Shown here piece after piece: positions 58,591-64,000 of a stretch of DNA of 64,000 bases; position 1 is the stretch's first letter, and the number at the start of each line of letters is the position of its first letter. This stretch comes from Oikopleura dioica (Eukaryota > Animalia > Chordata), in NCBI GenBank assembly GCA_907165135.1, contig OU015568.1, positions 8,432,001-8,496,000 on the forward strand. Direction: 5' to 3'. The position numbers were made by a program, and so were the translations under genes. The notes below the pieces were generated by a model, which saw nothing but the letters and a program-made list of their open reading frames with translations, was not told the DNA's origin and did not search any database.

Positions 58591-60197
58591 AACGAGTAAA
58601 ATATGTTTTGACCAGCAATTAATTTTCCTAGAAACACTAAAAAGACCTGTACGAGAAGTAAATTTGTAATAATTGTATTTGTGAGGGTAAATATTCGAAA
58701 TGAATCAATAATATGATTAGATGAAGGATGTTTTCTAAGGATTTTTTCTCTAAGGAGGAAATAGGGAAAAATCAATAAAAAAAAAGATAGCCGACGGGAA
58801 ACAATCTGGGAAAAGGGCGAGAGCTGACGTGTAGTTGCTGTTTTCTTGGATTGGCCGCGCGAGCCTACACGAAAAAGCTCTGTCTGGCATCAAACGGCTC
58901 TTCAAAAAGAAAAAAAAAGACTCACATCCGGGAACTTTTTTTAACTTTACGAGGCAATTTGAAAAACCAGCGAAACGCGCTTTCTTTTTGCCAGCTGTTT
59001 TTTTTTCAAACAGCTGATGTGAATTTAATCCCTTTCAGTAATCCTTCTGTTACTTTTGACCTACCAACTACAACTCAAGGGTAGTAACTCAGGAAAAGCA
59101 GCGGGAAGCGACAATATTCGCGTTGGCGGCTCTTAGGCTCGTAATTGGTCAAAATTCACAGTCAAATTTTGTCGCCGTTTTCCCAACTTCATCTGCGCTA
59201 CCAGCGATGATTATGAGTTGTAAAAAGTTTTTAAAGATTCAATATCCGATTGACGTCAATTTTCCTTCTACATCTGGGTTAATTGTGAATCAGATATCAG
59301 ATATTGGTTTTAAATTACGGATAAAAGGACTAATTATATCAAATTAAATTCTACATACTACTCCATCGGAGCGTACATTCCTTAATTTAACTAACTTTCT
59401 ACGGATAAAGCTACTGTACTTTAGTTTACTTCAGTATGAAAAGACGTTGTCTCAGAGCTGTCTTTTCTGTCTTACAACTAACCCCTCTTGACTTGAAGAA
59501 TGTTTATTACTGTACAGCTGCTCTCCTCGTTGATTTCAGAGGAAAACAGATGTTGGCGAAAAAGGAAAAGTTCATGCTGAGCAGATAAGAAGGCGATAGA
59601 ATTGGCGCGGAATTTGACGATTCTGGTGATAGCACGCTGAGTGAGTGATCCGTGCCCGGCAATAAATTGAACTTGGCAGTTTTGGAGGCACGTCGCCGCC
59701 AGTCTGAGTGTACACGTGACCTTACTCTTACCTACTTTAGCCTTCGCCAGATCACTATTTTACGGGCTCAAATTGATATGTAAGAAAGAGAACTTGTTTT
59801 ATTTTTGGATAGAGAAAGTGGATTTATAAATATTTATTTTTTATGAAAAAATGAATGATTGAATGTATGATTTTTCTTATTGAAAGCCGGTATTATCGAT
59901 ATTTGCTTGATAACGTTACTGTTATATAATTCTTGTTCAATGTCTTTTTATTAGATTTTACTGGCAAACGACGGTGTTTGTATTACAGTTCATTTATCTT
60001 TATTTAGGCATTTTTTGTCGCGATTTTTTTTAAAGAAAGCTCAAAAAATAGAGGTTATTGCAAAAATCTTGAAAGAAATTAGGCTAGAGATTTTCAAAAT
60101 CACAAAAAATTAAAAATGAGTGTGTAAATTTGAAAGATAAAGAGGTGTTACTCGCTGTTTATTGAGGCGTAAGATTTAAAATTCTCCGGAGGTTACA

Positions 60198-60375
60198 GCC
60201 GGCAGGGATTAGGTCAAAGAGAGCACCATTCCAAAGTCGCCTAAGCCATGCTGGATTACTCTCGGCTTCAAAGTCGACGACCCAGGTCGCCCGAAACCGT
60301 CTAGCTCGCCTTCGGGCCTTCAAACAGACAGACTTCAGCCCTCAAGGTAGCCGAGAGTGTGTTTTTGACCTCGGC
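60198..60375. ncRNA. Candidate structured RNA or SINE-like element (unassigned)
   Basis: GC-rich island with nested stems: 60211-18/60364-71 (8 bp), 60258-67/60349-58 (10 bp), 60271-75/60331-35, 60290-95/60311-16, 60278-81/60286-89. Confidence 0.35.
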
Positions 60376-61166
60376 ACAGATATTTCAATAATCCTACTTT
60401 TAGGTCGGACACACACGGATAAAATCCGTACACGGACATGTCCGTTTAGAACCCTGATCAGAGGCATTGTACTGCTGAAGATTTTCAACTAACTATCGAC
60501 GAGATTACCGGTCGAAGTTTGTCGGTTTTAATTAGAAATCGGCACCAAAGATCTTTGATTTTCTTGGAAGCCTAAGTCGAGAATCTTTAGGTTATATTCT
60601 GGTTATCATAAGCGTCAAATTTGAGCAGCGATGCTTGACGAATCATTTTTCATCGAAAGAAGTCGGGAGAAGGAGAGCGCTCCTGACGAGATTTCACTAC
60701 GGAAATTGAAAGTTGCCAGCGTCGAGTCTCAAAAACACAAACGAGAGAGTTGATTCTTGGGCGCGCACGCACACAGTGCTCGGAACGCGGCACAATGCAC
60801 GAACGCACACTTGCCCCTGTGTTTCGCCCTAAATAGAGAAAAAATAACAATCGAGTAAGAGAGCAGCGCGCCCAGCGATTCATTGCGAGGGAGGGACGGA
60901 GTCAGATTAGAAAGGAATAAAGAGGGAGGGGACGAGGATCGTTTTTGTCAACTGGAGGCGACAGCACGGTCCGTGTCAGACTCAGAAAAGATAGATGGAC
61001 CGCCACATTGCTCTAGGGTACGGCGAAGTTGAGTTCTTTTAAGTGCCCTGTCAACAGCGAAAGTAGAAGAGAGTCAAAGAGAGAACCCTCCCCCAAGACC
61101 GCCGCTCTTTTCAAAAGACTCAAACGAGAGAAAAGCGAATCTGAAAGTGAATCTTATCCATTCAGA

Positions 61167-62110
61167 ATGACAGAGTCGGATCAGATGCCCAGACGATCGC
61201 CCTTAGACGAGTCGCTCGCTTCTACTCAAAGCCCAAATAGCCAACAACCAGTCAAGTGTCTTCAGAAACCAAACCAAAACAGCCATTATGACTCAAGGTA
61301 ACCATCTCAAATTCTTAAGAATATTCTCAGTGAAATAAAAATTAATTAAAAATGCACTGGAGTGTGTAAATTATGCATCGATAACTACGATTTATCACAC
61401 GATCTTTTCTTTGAAGATATACTCTTTCTATCTCAAAGGCCTCAAATAAATTCTGAGCCAGAATATCTGTTGTTCGAAGTACAGTTTTTAGCTAAAATCG
61501 TTAAAGATAGATATACTGTATATAACATATCATATACAGGAGCTGAATCTCCTAACTTATCCAAAATGGAAATGCTCTTTCCGGGAAGTCTTTACCTAAC
61601 TCCTTTAAAGTTTAGTTTGTGTTTATCTAAAGAAACCGTAACTCATACGTAAAGAAGGTTATATAATGACATAGAATTCAAACCAAAATTAAACCACTAT
61701 CAAGAAACTCGTGACTTATTATAAATTTGCCTCTTTTTTAAAGGTACGACTTAGATTTATAAAAAAAATTGTCCCTAAAAAGGCATTTCCGTTTCAGTTA
61801 ACAGGAAATGAAGTCTAATTTCAACTTATATGATCGTTTTTTCTCAGTCACCGTTCACCTTCAAGCTACAGTTATCCCTCCCGTGTGATACGACCTCCAC
61901 CGACGATGTCCATAGCCTCTCTGCACAAGAGAAATTCCAAGTCTTTTACCTCAACTCTGAAAAGCATCAACCAAAGGTACATCCCCCTGATCAAGTCCAA
62001 CTAAATATTTCTGAAGAATATCATCTGTCTTCCGCAATCGACTGGGTTCGAGCTCTTCGCGAGATTCATCCGATTCCTCCGGTTCATCCGATAGCTGCTA
62101 CAGAAAGTAA
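61167..62110 (+). CDS. Small Ser-rich orphan protein (~120 aa), three predicted exons
   Basis: CAG|aATG at 61167, donor GTAACC at 61298, acceptor at 61847, 40-nt GT-AG intron 61977-62016, stop at 62110; AATAAA signals downstream near 62.5 kb. No family recognised. Confidence 0.4.
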
Positions 62111-62606
62111 AAAAAAAGAAAAAAACCAACACACATTCAAGCAAAGAAAAGCATATTATTTAGGATAAATTAATTGTATCCTCAGCACAAGACGAGACCA
62201 GTCTCTACTATCGTATTATAGATTACGTCTGTGTGTGTTTAAAAACTGTGCCGCACGTAAAAAAAACACCAACAAAAGATATAGAGTCTTCGTAATTAAA
62301 AAAACACTCACTATCGCTTCGTTAAATACCAAAAAACAATCTGTACTTACAATACAATATGTCCAAAACCAAAAAGCAACATTGTCAGCACAGTGTTTAA
62401 CCGACAAAAAGCTGAAACGGGAAAATGAAAAAGTCAGCGTGAAACATTTTCGCCTGCTCCCTCTTTGTCTACTCGTTGTATCAATAAATCGTATTGCTCA
62501 ATAAATTCAAATAACACAAAAAAAATAATGCGCCAACCGGCATCGGAGAATTTCAAGATTTCAAGAAAATTCTCACTTTCTGTGTAAATATTCAAAATAT
62601 ATTTTT

Positions 62607-63654
62607 TCATTTCAAATTCAATTTGGCAGAAAAGATACTTCGGATAAGGGAAAGTTGCGAAGAAAGCCCTGCTCCGGGTGGAAGAATATCGTGTAGGGCC
62701 TTTTCGGATTCTAGTTTTGACAGAATTTGTTGCCAGATTTGAACTGCTTCTTTGGTTGTTGCTGGTGTTTTGGAAGACGCGAAGATTTCTTCTATCGTTG
62801 ATTCTATCAGCTTTCTTGCTTTATCATTACGAGCTACGTATTCGGGCATCTAAAAGAGATTGAGGAAAAAGTGATTTTCGACATGACAGTTGACATTTTA
62901 CCTTGTACTCTTTATCCTTCAAGAAAACGACCAACGCCGTTATGTTATCCATCGAACCACGAGAGAAACTCGTATCAACCATTCTCCAGGCTACTTCTTC
63001 GTTTTTCCCGAAAACGCTTGCCTCAAAATGTGCATATTTCGCCGCTTCGGCGCTGGTTAAAACATCGAAAACGCCATCGCTTCCGAGAACGAGTAGACTG
63101 TCGCTTTCTTCGCGAGGGATGATTGTACAGGTTGGTGCTGCGATGACTGGCTGAAAGAGGTCGTGGTAGCGTCTTGAGGGCCATGTTCCTTCGGAATTCG
63201 GCTTGAGATCTAAATCCATTGTCAAATTTGAGAAGATTTGGAAGACGCGATATTTCTGTCTATATCTTTCGATGATGTACCAAAATCACCAAAAGCGCGA
63301 CTGAGAGCAAGATTTCCATTGACTCGATTGTATCTTACAAAGCCGCCAGTTTCATAAATGCGTTTTCTTTCCTCTGTATCCATCGGCTTATGATCTTCTG
63401 TTGAAAACTTGAGCTCAGAAGACTCATCTATTCAATAGTTCAAAATAGTTTTGTTCACTATCTAAAAACAAAAGTTCGAACCGTGCCCACAAGCAGCGTT
63501 CTTGAGTCCCCGACATTCGCAAAGATGAAATTCTTCGGCGTCATCAGCACAGAGGAACACGTGCTTCCGGAACGGAGACCACTGGCCCTAATCTCGCGAT
63601 CGAACTCGAGATAAGCGCGCTCTATTTCGGAAGAAATTTCTTCCGCACTTGCAT
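62607..63654 (-). CDS. PPM1A/B: Protein phosphatase 2C (PPM1A/PPM1B-like), 3' part; upstream exons not found in the window
   Basis: Motifs [49 protein letters not shown], and C-terminal lobe LPPGAGLSS. Introns are short GT-AG. Confidence 0.85.
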
Positions 63655-64000
63655 CTGAAACAATATTGCAGATAGGGATCGAACGCAAATCAAAATGGGA
63701 ATTTTTAAAAATAAAGATATGCCTTTTATATTAAAAATTAAAATAGTAAATCGATTATGCTGATCTCAAATATGATAATCATATTGTATTTCAACTTCCG
63801 GTTTCCCGGAAACTGTCGGTTTCAGCGGCTTCCTGTGGACGCGCAATCTTGCGCCAATAACAGCAGGTTAATGAGCATTGGAAAAAGGATTTTCGAAGAA
63901 AAATATTGAAAATCGATGGCGCGTGGTTGCGCTTGCCTTTTGTACTTCTGAAGTATGACTCATGAAGCGGCGGCAAAAGCGCATAGCCCGCGTCAATGCG

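Noticed and set aside
60198-60375. Assignment as RNase MRP, SRP RNA or a spliceosomal snRNA
   Set aside because: Only short partial matches; the conserved P4 (GAAAGUCC / GGGGCU), SRP helix-8 GGAAAC and canonical Sm context are absent.
63794-63811. Adjacent ETS-like (ACTTCCGG) and STAT GAS-like (TTCCCGGAA) motifs
   Set aside because: Short motifs with no TSS evidence; insufficient to call a promoter.
1-64000. CRISPR arrays, rRNA, tRNA, transposase or reverse-transcriptase ORFs
   Set aside because: None seen. The repetitiveness is protein-level (Ig, Fn3, EGF), not repeat-spacer DNA.

Overview
A compact, gene-dense eukaryotic window. It is most likely the appendicularian tunicate Oikopleura dioica or a close relative. 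This is inferred from chordate-type proteins, 40-60 nt introns and GA-AG/GC-AG/GG-AG introns, and has not been verified by any search. The minus strand carries the 5' ~31.5 kb of a true titin (Z-disc, I-band, N2A, PEVK, I/A junction; it runs off the window start), a complete fibrillin directly upstream of it, an EGFR/ErbB receptor kinase, SUCLA2, a KDEL receptor and the 3' part of a PP2C. The plus strand carries a predicted PDZ + GRXCR (glutaredoxin/Cys-rich) fusion gene and a small orphan. Most long plus-strand ORFs in the track are antisense shadows. The most unusual observations are: a complete Ig domain nested inside another titin Ig domain (flanked by 8-bp direct repeats), an Ig nested inside an Fn3 domain, N2B/novex-like and PEVK micro-exons in titin, the PDZ-GRXCR fusion, clustered non-canonical splice donors, and an unexplained nested-stem GC-rich island at ~60.2-60.4 kb. 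Four apparent titin frameshifts look like homopolymer assembly errors. No rRNA, tRNA, CRISPR array or autonomous transposon was recognised. All exon models were derived by hand and need RNA support.
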